A stretch of 63,468 nucleotides of DNA from NCBI GenBank assembly GCA_030596125.1, contig JAUVKT010000004.1, forward strand, positions 1 through 63,468, written 5' to 3'. The notes below the pieces were generated by a model. It saw only the letters and a program-made list of their open reading frames with translations, did not search any database and had not been told where the DNA came from. Below, in pieces: positions 56,876 through 63,468 of this stretch. Source of the DNA: Bacteroidales bacterium. Its GTDB lineage: Bacteria; Bacteroidota; Bacteroidia; Bacteroidales; VadinHA17. How positions within the stretch are numbered: the first letter of the stretch is position 1; each line of letters begins with the position of its first letter. A program made the translations under genes and the position numbers.

Positions 56876-58261
56876 ATGATCTTACTAAAACATTATCAAT
56901 CAAAGAGTAATAGAAGGTTGAAGTTTATCAGCCTTATTTTGATCGTTTTTTTCTCTATGTTTCTTTTTATCCCTGCTGCCAATGCCGGGGATCGTTCCGG
57001 AGAGGATCTTTATAAACACCTCAGTTTGTTAACCAATGCCGGGAATAATGCTTATATCGAAGAGTTGAATACCACTCCGGGGAGTCTTGATTGGAGTAAT
57101 GCTGAGGTACTTGAATTTAAGGGACATTTAAGATTTCTTAGTTCAACAAAAGAGGGCAGCGCCGACCAGACCAGGCTTTTTTTTATCAGAAGCGCTAAAG
57201 AAGGTAACATCTATATACTTAGTATTCCTGATAGTGATGACCCAAATTATGAAAATATTGAAGAACTTATTAAGAGTAAACTTTTGTTCAATATCAAAGT
57301 TCTTGACTCAGAGATCAGGGGTGAAAAATACCAGTTTGCACAGTTTATAACAAGTCCGGTACAACCGGCATTTGATAAAATATTCAGGTTAATGATTATC
57401 CTGATGCTTTTTCTGGTAATGATTGGCATGGGTCTCACTCTAACAGCTAAAGATTTTGCAGTTCTGATTTCAAAACCAAAAGGAATATTAGTCGGAGAAA
57501 TCCTTCAGTTTGGCGTGATGCCTCTGATTGCTGCGGGACTGGGTTATTTATTGGGCTTTCATGAGAACTATCCCTATATCTATGTGGGAATGATCCTGAT
57601 TACTGCAACACCCGGTGGAGTTACATCCAATTTAATGACACATTATGCCAAAGGGGATGTGGCGCTTTCAGTTTCGTTGACGTCTATTTCTACTGTGTTA
57701 TCAATATTTTTCCTCCCCTTGCTCTTGCAAGCATATTGCTCAAATATCCCCGATGTTAAAGTACCAACCAGCACCATAGCTGTGACCATTATTGTGCTTG
57801 TAATCATTCCTTTAGGCATTGGTATGATGTTTAGAAAGATTAATGAATCTCTGGCTAAAAAGCTTATTCCTGTATTCAGTATCTTAGGAATTGTCGCTCT
57901 GTTATTTTTAATTATTGCAGGAATCTTTAATAATCTGGAGGGATTTGCAGATACACAGCGTCATGGTTTTCGGTTTTATTCCATGGTTTTGTTGCTGACT
58001 TTCACAGGCATGGTAGTAGGGGGATTAGTACCTTTCCTTTTCAAAATTGCCAATTATCAGATAAGGGCAATTTCACTTGAAACAGGCTTGAGGAATGCAT
58101 CTCTGGCCATGACAGTTGCCTTACTAATACAGGACTCCATGGGAGATTTTCACTCCTCAATGTTCTGGGTTTCAGGGATGTTTGGATTATCAATGTATAT
58201 AGCTGGTATAATAGCTATTAAGGTATATCCCAAAATTTTTCCTGTAAAAAAAGTGGAATGA
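56876..58261 (+). CDS. Bile acid:sodium symporter (BASS) family transporter with a ~165-aa N-terminal extracytoplasmic extension
   Basis: The core starts near aa 170 (MIGMGLTLTAKDF, TATPGGVTSNLMTH). It is preceded by a signal anchor and a soluble domain of unknown type. Confidence 0.8.
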   Translation: MILLKHYQSKSNRRLKFISLILIVFFSMFLFIPAANAGDRSGEDLYKHLSLLTNAGNNAYIEELNTTPGSLDWSNAEVLEFKGHLRFLSSTKEGSADQTRLFFIRSAKEGNIYILSIPDSDDPNYENIEELIKSKLLFNIKVLDSEIRGEKYQFAQFITSPVQPAFDKIFRLMIILMLFLVMIGMGLTLTAKDFAVLISKPKGILVGEILQFGVMPLIAAGLGYLLGFHENYPYIYVGMILITATPGGVTSNLMTHYAKGDVALSVSLTSISTVLSIFFLPLLLQAYCSNIPDVKVPTSTIAVTIIVLVIIPLGIGMMFRKINESLAKKLIPVFSILGIVALLFLIIAGIFNNLEGFADTQRHGFRFYSMVLLLTFTGMVVGGLVPFLFKIANYQIRAISLETGLRNASLAMTVALLIQDSMGDFHSSMFWVSGMFGLSMYIAGIIAIKVYPKIFPVKKVE

Positions 58262-58276
58262 ATCCCGGGAATAATC

Positions 58277-59524
58277 CTATTTAATATTCATATAATTTTC
58301 AAGGGCATTACTCAACACCTCCCTCGATTGCTCAATTACAGTTGATTTCCATGCAGGGTCAGAAGGGTAGTACATTTCAATAAATGATGATTTAATCTTT
58401 TTTTCCTGTTTGTTATTTTTGTATCCATGCTGAATACCCTGGTTCTCAATGATAGTCTTCTGAATTGAATGTAAGGATCCGAATGTTACCTGGCTGTTCA
58501 AAGTGCCGAATTCGAATGGCATTGAAATATATGTAGCTTCAGGATTAATGTCACCCATAAAAGAGCAGAAATCTCCGTTAACTGTATAAAAATCACCGGA
58601 ATCACCCCAATCAATCTCATAGCCTTCAAAAATAGTTTCAGTTAGCTCCTTTATGTTATCATCTTCAACAGGATTAGTAAAGAGGTGTAGCTTTCCTATT
58701 TCACCATATCCGGTATGAAGGTCAACAAGGAAAATATTGTCGTATTTATCGAAATACTGAGGTAAATATTCATTCATCATAACAATTTGAGGCTCCGGCT
58801 GTGTCCCCCCAAAATAGAGTCCTTCCGGAAACTGGTACTGGCCCTGTAATACAGCCTGCCTGAGAACAGGCATAGACGATTTTACAATTTTTACAATTGC
58901 AACAACATAAAAGAACCTGTTGAACAGGTTACTGGTTGAGGCAACTTGTAAAGGATTAATAAAATTATAGAGATCAGCATAACCACTGTTTTCAGTACTG
59001 TATAATTCTATACTTACGCTGCTGTTACGGTTAAGATCAACATTATTCTCTGTTACCCTTCTTTTGTACTTAAACCCGTAGGGATTCATCCCATGAATTA
59101 ATAAGATCCCCGGCCTGTCATCACCCATATCAGGGATTAGTTCCGACATAAACATCTTCTGGATTGCACTGCCGGTATACCCCTCAATTCCGTGGACCCC
59201 GGATGACATAACAAACAGTTTGCCGGCATCCTGTACTGGTGGAATATAGCATATATCAATAGTGAGATTCTGGTCAACCTTGCTTTGTACTGTTAGTGAT
59301 TCTATTGTAGTACTATCTATCTCTTTTTGTAGTTGATCTGCCAGACGAATAAAGTCGGAACGACATTCATCATAACTATCAGTAAAGTACGAAGTGTTCT
59401 GGCTCGTGGTAACTACATCTTCAACTTCCGGAGAAAATGACCAGTAGCTGATATAAGATCCGATTATTATCAGAACAATTAGTCCTGCCAGGGAATAGAG
59501 AGTAATTTTAATTGCTTTTTTCAT
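58277..59524 (-). CDS. DUF2817-like M14-type metallopeptidase homologue, membrane-anchored
   Basis: SSGVHGIEGYTGS (HxxE) and VDLHTGYG contexts. I prefer ATG 59524 (MKKAIKITLYSLAGLIVLIIIG) because the upstream ATG 59569 reads through palindrome copy 4. Confidence 0.75.
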   Translation of the reverse strand: MKKAIKITLYSLAGLIVLIIIGSYISYWSFSPEVEDVVTTSQNTSYFTDSYDECRSDFIRLADQLQKEIDSTTIESLTVQSKVDQNLTIDICYIPPVQDAGKLFVMSSGVHGIEGYTGSAIQKMFMSELIPDMGDDRPGILLIHGMNPYGFKYKRRVTENNVDLNRNSSVSIELYSTENSGYADLYNFINPLQVASTSNLFNRFFYVVAIVKIVKSSMPVLRQAVLQGQYQFPEGLYFGGTQPEPQIVMMNEYLPQYFDKYDNIFLVDLHTGYGEIGKLHLFTNPVEDDNIKELTETIFEGYEIDWGDSGDFYTVNGDFCSFMGDINPEATYISMPFEFGTLNSQVTFGSLHSIQKTIIENQGIQHGYKNNKQEKKIKSSFIEMYYPSDPAWKSTVIEQSREVLSNALENYMNIK

Positions 59525-59540
59525 TTCAGGTCGGGTTTTA

Positions 59541-59564
59541 AAAGGCGCAATGCATTGCGCCTTT
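59541..59564. repeat. Palindrome family copy 4 (AAAGGCGCAATGCATTGCGCCTTT, perfect 24-mer)
   Basis: Perfect palindrome between two co-directional minus-strand genes. Confidence 0.9.
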
Positions 59565-59673
59565 ATCATATTACAAGGGTAAATTTAGACCAAAATGTTT
59601 GAAAAGCAAAAAAGGTTATGTTATAGATGGTTTACAACCTTCGGGCTCAATGTCTGTCCGGTCATCTCTTCAT

Positions 59674-60048
59674 CTATTTTTTAGTAGCTGAATAATATAT
59701 TGCAGCCCAGAACAGATAGGAGATCAGGAAAATTATCATTCCATAAATTGTTGTTATCATGGAAATCTTCAGACCTCCGGCAAGAATTACCGGGGATATT
59801 TCCCTGGCTGCTTCAATATGTGTAAAAGCAGAATAAAGGCCAATCAACTGGCCCAGAATTCCTGTTGCAAGTGCAAAGATGCCAGTAGTTTTAATAAACT
59901 TCAGCTTTTTTATTGTCAGGTCAAGACTTTTATACTCTTTTTTGATAATCAGATAGAGGAAGTAAACTGACAATACAACAACTATAAAAAGAAGGATTGT
60001 TAAAATTCCCATAAAGAGCGGACCGCCCTGGTAAAATAGATTAAACAT
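59674..60048 (-). CDS. Small (124 aa) MotA/TolQ/ExbB-family proton-channel-like protein, with no ExbD/TolR/MotB partner nearby
   Basis: 3 TM helices. GILGQLIGLYSAF and PVILAGGLKISMITTIYGMIIFLIS resemble the conserved ExbB/TolQ TM2-TM3 motifs. Confidence 0.65.
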   Translation of the reverse strand: MFNLFYQGGPLFMGILTILLFIVVVLSVYFLYLIIKKEYKSLDLTIKKLKFIKTTGIFALATGILGQLIGLYSAFTHIEAAREISPVILAGGLKISMITTIYGMIIFLISYLFWAAIYYSATKK

Positions 60049-60078
60049 AGCTTTTATTTTAGTTAAACATTAATGCTT

Positions 60079-60086
60079 CAAAGTTA
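60079..60086 (-). promoter_or_regulatory. Candidate -7 box TAACTTTG for the MotA/ExbB-like gene
   Basis: Exact TAnnTTTG match on the minus strand, 30 nt upstream of ATG 60048. Confidence 0.35.
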
Positions 60087-60119
60087 GTGGAGGATATCAC
60101 TTGCTGCAAGGTTAAAACC

Positions 60120-60153
60120 CGATGAAAACAGGTTATTCGTCGATAAAAACAGG
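60120..60153. promoter_or_regulatory. 13-nt direct repeat CGAT(G/A)AAAACAGG x2 with 21-nt phasing (candidate LytTR-type operator) in the divergent region between the MotA-like and LytTR genes
   Basis: Copies at 60120-32 and 60141-53. The minus strand reads CCTGTTTT(T/C)ATCG and shares a TT(C/T)ATC core with the repeats at 55772-55803. Confidence 0.45.
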
Positions 60154-60195
60154 GTATCTCTGGTATCTTACAAAATTTGGTGTCAAATTTACAGA

Positions 60196-60948
60196 GTGAA
60201 AAGACGATTTAATATAATTTACTGGCTGGCTGTTTCAGCTATTCTTATCCTGATTTTTGGCACCAGGTCAGGCAGTTTCATAAATGCTTTCTATTTTGTC
60301 TCATTTCTTGTTCCAGTAGTTCTGGTTACTTCGTGGTATTTTAATAATTACCTCGTCCCATATTATCTGTTAAGAAAGAGATACGGCCGGTTCATTATCC
60401 TGACAATTTTCACAGTGATCATTTCACTGGATATAATAATGATAATTGTGTTTATAGCGTTCATTCTTATCGCCAGGTATCAGCCTGATCAGCTAAAAAG
60501 CCTTATTACATACTATTATTCTTTTCCTGTGATCCTGTATTTAACCGTAATAGTAAATGCCTTTCTTAATATGGTATATGATTACCTGGAAATAGCAGAA
60601 GATATGAAAGCCCTCAGTGCAAAGAAGAAAAACTATTCAGACGGGCATCTTATTGTGAGGTCAAACCGGCAGACCAGAAAGATATCTTATAGCTCAATTA
60701 ATTATATTGAGAGTATGTCTGATTACATAATAATCAGGACAACGGAAAATCATAAGATCGTCACACGAGAAACGATAAGCCGAATAGAGCAGAGGTTGCC
60801 GTCACAATTCCTCAGAATTCACAGGTCGTTCATAGTGAATCTCGAAAAAGTTGTATCATTTACCCGTGATCAGATTACAATTTCGGATACTGAACTTCCG
60901 GTAAGCAGAACTTATAAAAAGAGTGTTTTCGAAAAAACCCGATTATAG
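60196..60948 (+). CDS. Membrane-embedded LytTR-domain DNA-binding protein, paralogous architecture (4 TM plus LytTR, no receiver)
   Basis: INYIESMSDYIIIRT...LRIHRSFIVNLEKV...TELPVSRTY LytTR signature. GTG start. Confidence 0.8.
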   Translation: MKRRFNIIYWLAVSAILILIFGTRSGSFINAFYFVSFLVPVVLVTSWYFNNYLVPYYLLRKRYGRFIILTIFTVIISLDIIMIIVFIAFILIARYQPDQLKSLITYYYSFPVILYLTVIVNAFLNMVYDYLEIAEDMKALSAKKKNYSDGHLIVRSNRQTRKISYSSINYIESMSDYIIIRTTENHKIVTRETISRIEQRLPSQFLRIHRSFIVNLEKVVSFTRDQITISDTELPVSRTYKKSVFEKTRL

Positions 60949-60958
60949 AGGCGCAATG
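60947..60958. repeat. Palindrome family copy 5 (left half only, AGAGGCGCAATG)
   Basis: The left arm is identical to copy 3 and then diverges. It overlaps the LytTR stop codon. Confidence 0.6.
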
Positions 60959-60972
60959 AAAAGCAGGAATCA

Positions 60973-61686
60973 ATGAAAAACGTCTTAGCTATAATGAATG
61001 AATTGCAACAGAACATAAATGTTGAAAAAGCAAAAGGTCTGTCAAAATTTTTCCAGGTATTCCCGGGTGGTTATGGAGAGAATGATAAGTTTTTAGGCGT
61101 TTCAGTGCCAACTCAGAGGAAAATCGCAGGCAAATATTACAAAGTCTGTTCATTGAGTGAAGTGGAGCAATTGCTGAACGAGTCAGTTCATGAATATAGA
61201 CTTACGGCACTTTTTATTATGGTTTCTAAATTTGAGAAATCAAAAACATCACCAGAACAAAAGGCAATTGTGGATTTATATACAGATAATGTTGGGAACA
61301 TAAATAATTGGGACCTGGTTGACTCATCAGCATATAAAATTCTTGGTCCATACTTAATGGATAAAGACAAGAGTTTGTTATATGAATATGCCAATTCCGG
61401 ATTCATCTGGAAACAGAGAATTAGCATAATAGCGACATTACATTTTATCCGAAACAGGCAGTACAACGATACGCTAAATATTGCAGAACTTCTGTTGAAT
61501 CATTCTCATGACCTGATTCATAAGGCTGTTGGCTGGATGCTCAGGGAAATAGGGAACCGGGATTTTAAAGTGGAATTTGATTTTCTGAAAGAGCACTATA
61601 CATATATGCCCAGAACAATGTTACGCTATGCCATAGAAAGGTTTGAGGAAGATGTCAGACAACAATTTTTAAAAGGAAAGCCGTAA
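60973..61686 (+). CDS. DNA alkylation repair protein (AlkD-like HEAT-like repeat family)
   Basis: 237 aa, all-helical, with a GWMLREIGNRD-type motif and a length typical of this family. Confidence 0.8.
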   Translation: MKNVLAIMNELQQNINVEKAKGLSKFFQVFPGGYGENDKFLGVSVPTQRKIAGKYYKVCSLSEVEQLLNESVHEYRLTALFIMVSKFEKSKTSPEQKAIVDLYTDNVGNINNWDLVDSSAYKILGPYLMDKDKSLLYEYANSGFIWKQRISIIATLHFIRNRQYNDTLNIAELLLNHSHDLIHKAVGWMLREIGNRDFKVEFDFLKEHYTYMPRTMLRYAIERFEEDVRQQFLKGKP

Positions 61687-61687
61687 A

Positions 61688-61707
61688 AGGCGCAACGCAT
61701 TGCGCCT
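61688..61707. repeat. Palindrome family copy 6 (AGGCGCAACGCATTGCGCCT)
   Basis: One central mismatch. It lies between convergent stops. Confidence 0.8.
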
Positions 61708-61723
61708 CTAATTTGTTTGATTA

Positions 61724-62680
61724 TTAGTACATATCTGCAAGCAATTCGGATCTGATTAGCATCACATTATTCTCAAGCATTCCCAGATAAACAAGTGACC
61801 AGCTTGTCCAGTTACCACTAAACATCATTTCACTCCACATCTGATTCTCTCCATCAATGGTTGTAAACTCAAGCAACTCTGTTGCAATTGCGGGGGTTAC
61901 CCGTTCATTTCCGGTTAAGGCAATTGTCTCAATAAGTTCCTTTATGCTCTGTTCCAGACGATACCCAAGGTATGGCTCCGCCCCCCTAAACATAATTTCG
62001 GTTGACAGACCTTTGGAATCGACATACTTCATAGTATACGGATCACTTGCAAGTGTTTCACTATTTGAGAGCGTTCCTGTCATAATTTTATTCTTTGCCT
62101 CCCCGAGCAGCTTAAGAACCTTTTCCGAAGAAATAATGATATCCTCACTTCCAGCTATGCTCTTAATAATCTGTTGCTCTTTGAGAATAGCAGTACGATG
62201 ATACATGGAAGCCAGAAACATTGAATCAACCAGTTTAACCTTTGAAACATTCAGTGCCAGTAATGCGTTGAATGCCGACATAAATGTCAGGAGCAACAAA
62301 ACAGAGACAGTCTTATAAATGCTGAAATTTTCAATCCGTTTGGTTACTATCAGAAACACAGGCAGGAAAACCAGGAATGGGAAGGGTAATGCTATTAGAA
62401 GTAATAAGCTTGCCATAGGCCAGTGCATTATTTTGAATAGCATGCCCGTAAACAAAATAAACATCGTTATATATGTAACAATGTAGAGTGGTTTCAGGCT
62501 TTTGTTTTTCTCACTTCGAAAAGCATTTATCAACTCAAGGGGAAAGAAGATGATTATAAGCCCAAAAAACCCCAAAGTTAGGAGTATTCCTGCACCTGGG
62601 TAGTGCATTATTTTAAAAAGAGTCCCGAAAATTGTAAGAATAAAGAAAATTATTCCAATTAAGTATATCTTCTGTTTCAT
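61724..62680 (-). CDS. Membrane protein combining two GldL/PorL-like TM hairpins (LFKIMHYPGAG, LFKIMHWPMAS) with a GldM-N-like TM and periplasmic helical domain
   Basis: 5 predicted TM helices. The fifth ends in ALLALNVSK, compared with GldM's IAMLAMNVSKE as I recall it. The C-terminus (MWSEMMFSGNWTSWSLVYLGMLENNVMLIRSELLADM) parallels the end of the first GldM periplasmic domain. Confidence 0.55.
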   Translation of the reverse strand: MKQKIYLIGIIFFILTIFGTLFKIMHYPGAGILLTLGFFGLIIIFFPLELINAFRSEKNKSLKPLYIVTYITMFILFTGMLFKIMHWPMASLLLLIALPFPFLVFLPVFLIVTKRIENFSIYKTVSVLLLLTFMSAFNALLALNVSKVKLVDSMFLASMYHRTAILKEQQIIKSIAGSEDIIISSEKVLKLLGEAKNKIMTGTLSNSETLASDPYTMKYVDSKGLSTEIMFRGAEPYLGYRLEQSIKELIETIALTGNERVTPAIATELLEFTTIDGENQMWSEMMFSGNWTSWSLVYLGMLENNVMLIRSELLADMY

Positions 62681-62685
62681 GAGAT

Positions 62686-63468
62686 TTATTTTGTATTGTT
62701 AGACTCTGTATTAAGGTTCCTGATGGTTGCCGCTTCTGCATCGAGAATTGCCCCTTTCAGAGTTTCAAGACTTTGAACAATCGCAATAGGGGCAATCCAG
62801 TGCTCACTATCTTTTCCTTTAATATATTCAGGCAGGTATTGATACAGGTCGAGTGTTGCAAGCAAGATTGTCTCCGGATAGGTCATGCCTAATGTATTGA
62901 CCATTTCCTTATAAGCCTCCAACTTGTTCTCAAGATCAGGCAACAGTTTTACCCCAGGGGCAAAAATCATTTTAGTGTTATCATAATAAAAGAGTTGACT
63001 CTGAAGGTCTTTCTCACCGGTAAATATTAGTTGTTTATTATCTCCAAATGATGGAATAATTGTATTTTCAATATTCTCAATCTGGCTCAACAGATCTGTT
63101 GCTATACTGTTTAGCTGCTCGATTTCCTGATTTTTACTAAATTCCCTGCTAGTCAGGAGCTCTTCATTCCTCGCGATCCTGAATTCTAAATTCCTATTGT
63201 TCAAATCGGATGTAACCAGGAACATCTTTTCGAAATTCCTGGAAGTATCAAGACTTACAATGGCAATTGGGACAATAAACACTACCGCTACAAAGATTAT
63301 TAATACGGCTTCAAGTGAGATAGAATTATCCTTTCTCCAGCGATGATAAAAATATTTAGGGACAATTAGAATGGCAATCAGGAGAGAGCTTACTATAAAT
63401 AGAAAAGAGGCTCCTGGCCAGTGCATAGTTTTAAGTAGAAACCCTGCAAGGTAAAGTGCTATCACAAT
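62686..63468 (-). CDS. Tandem paralogue of the preceding gene (LLKTMHWPGAS motif plus GldM-N-like domain); N-terminus probably truncated by the window end
   Basis: It has the same architecture as the preceding gene. The reading frame is still open at the window edge, so the track's GTG at 63465 is probably not the true start. Confidence 0.55.
   Translation of the reverse strand: MVIALYLAGFLLKTMHWPGASFLFIVSSLLIAILIVPKYFYHRWRKDNSISLEAVLIIFVAVVFIVPIAIVSLDTSRNFEKMFLVTSDLNNRNLEFRIARNEELLTSREFSKNQEIEQLNSIATDLLSQIENIENTIIPSFGDNKQLIFTGEKDLQSQLFYYDNTKMIFAPGVKLLPDLENKLEAYKEMVNTLGMTYPETILLATLDLYQYLPEYIKGKDSEHWIAPIAIVQSLETLKGAILDAEAATIRNLNTESNNTK

Noticed and set aside
54310-61707. The recurring palindromes as a CRISPR array or as integron attC sites
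   Set aside because: Spacing is 1-3 kb with whole genes in both orientations between copies, and there are no cas or intI genes. The 24-bp perfect palindromes are much shorter and more symmetric than attC sites, and they are not regularly spaced like CRISPR repeats.
1-63468. Mobile genetic elements, prophage, rRNA or complete tRNA genes
   Set aside because: No transposase, integrase, phage structural or rRNA-like sequences were recognised on either strand. The only mobility-like signals are the two short repeat families reported above.

Overview
This 63.5-kb chromosomal window looks like a Bacteroidota genome. It is AT-rich and has almost no Shine-Dalgarno sequences, and TAnnTTTG -7 promoter boxes are present. 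It also carries a T9SS C-terminal sorting domain, SusD-like and FISUMP domains, and GldL/GldM-type motifs. I count about 46 credible protein-coding genes. I found no rRNA, no complete tRNA, no CRISPR array and no transposase or integrase.

Housekeeping blocks:
- tatC (partial) and recQ
- an ABC-2 exporter pair
- a minus-strand patB-like/carA/carB/GT2 operon
- rsmA-mgtE
- purH-mreB-mreC-mreD-mrdA-rodA
- acpH, pgi-gpsA, a stand-alone trpB2 and ppk2

Two blocks look accessory:
- 15.4-30.3 kb: a propeller/PP2C sensor interrupted by an in-frame TAG, a secreted caspase-like protease, a membrane protein, a Kelch propeller protein and a 2388-aa T9SS cargo protein with an embedded SusD-like domain. A GC-rich hairpin repeat family punctuates every transcription unit in this block.
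- 54.2-63.5 kb: unrelated small genes separated by copies of a 24-bp perfect palindrome. They include two receiver-less membrane LytTR regulators, each next to a small membrane-protein gene preceded by phased direct repeats. The block also holds an orphan MotA/ExbB-like protein and tandem proteins that appear to fuse GldL-like TM hairpins to a GldM-like periplasmic domain.

The best single regulatory signal is a 24-codon Trp-containing leader ORF plus an intrinsic terminator directly upstream of trpB2. I did not find a clear-cut defence or toxin system. All findings are hypotheses from reading the sequence and none has been checked against a database.
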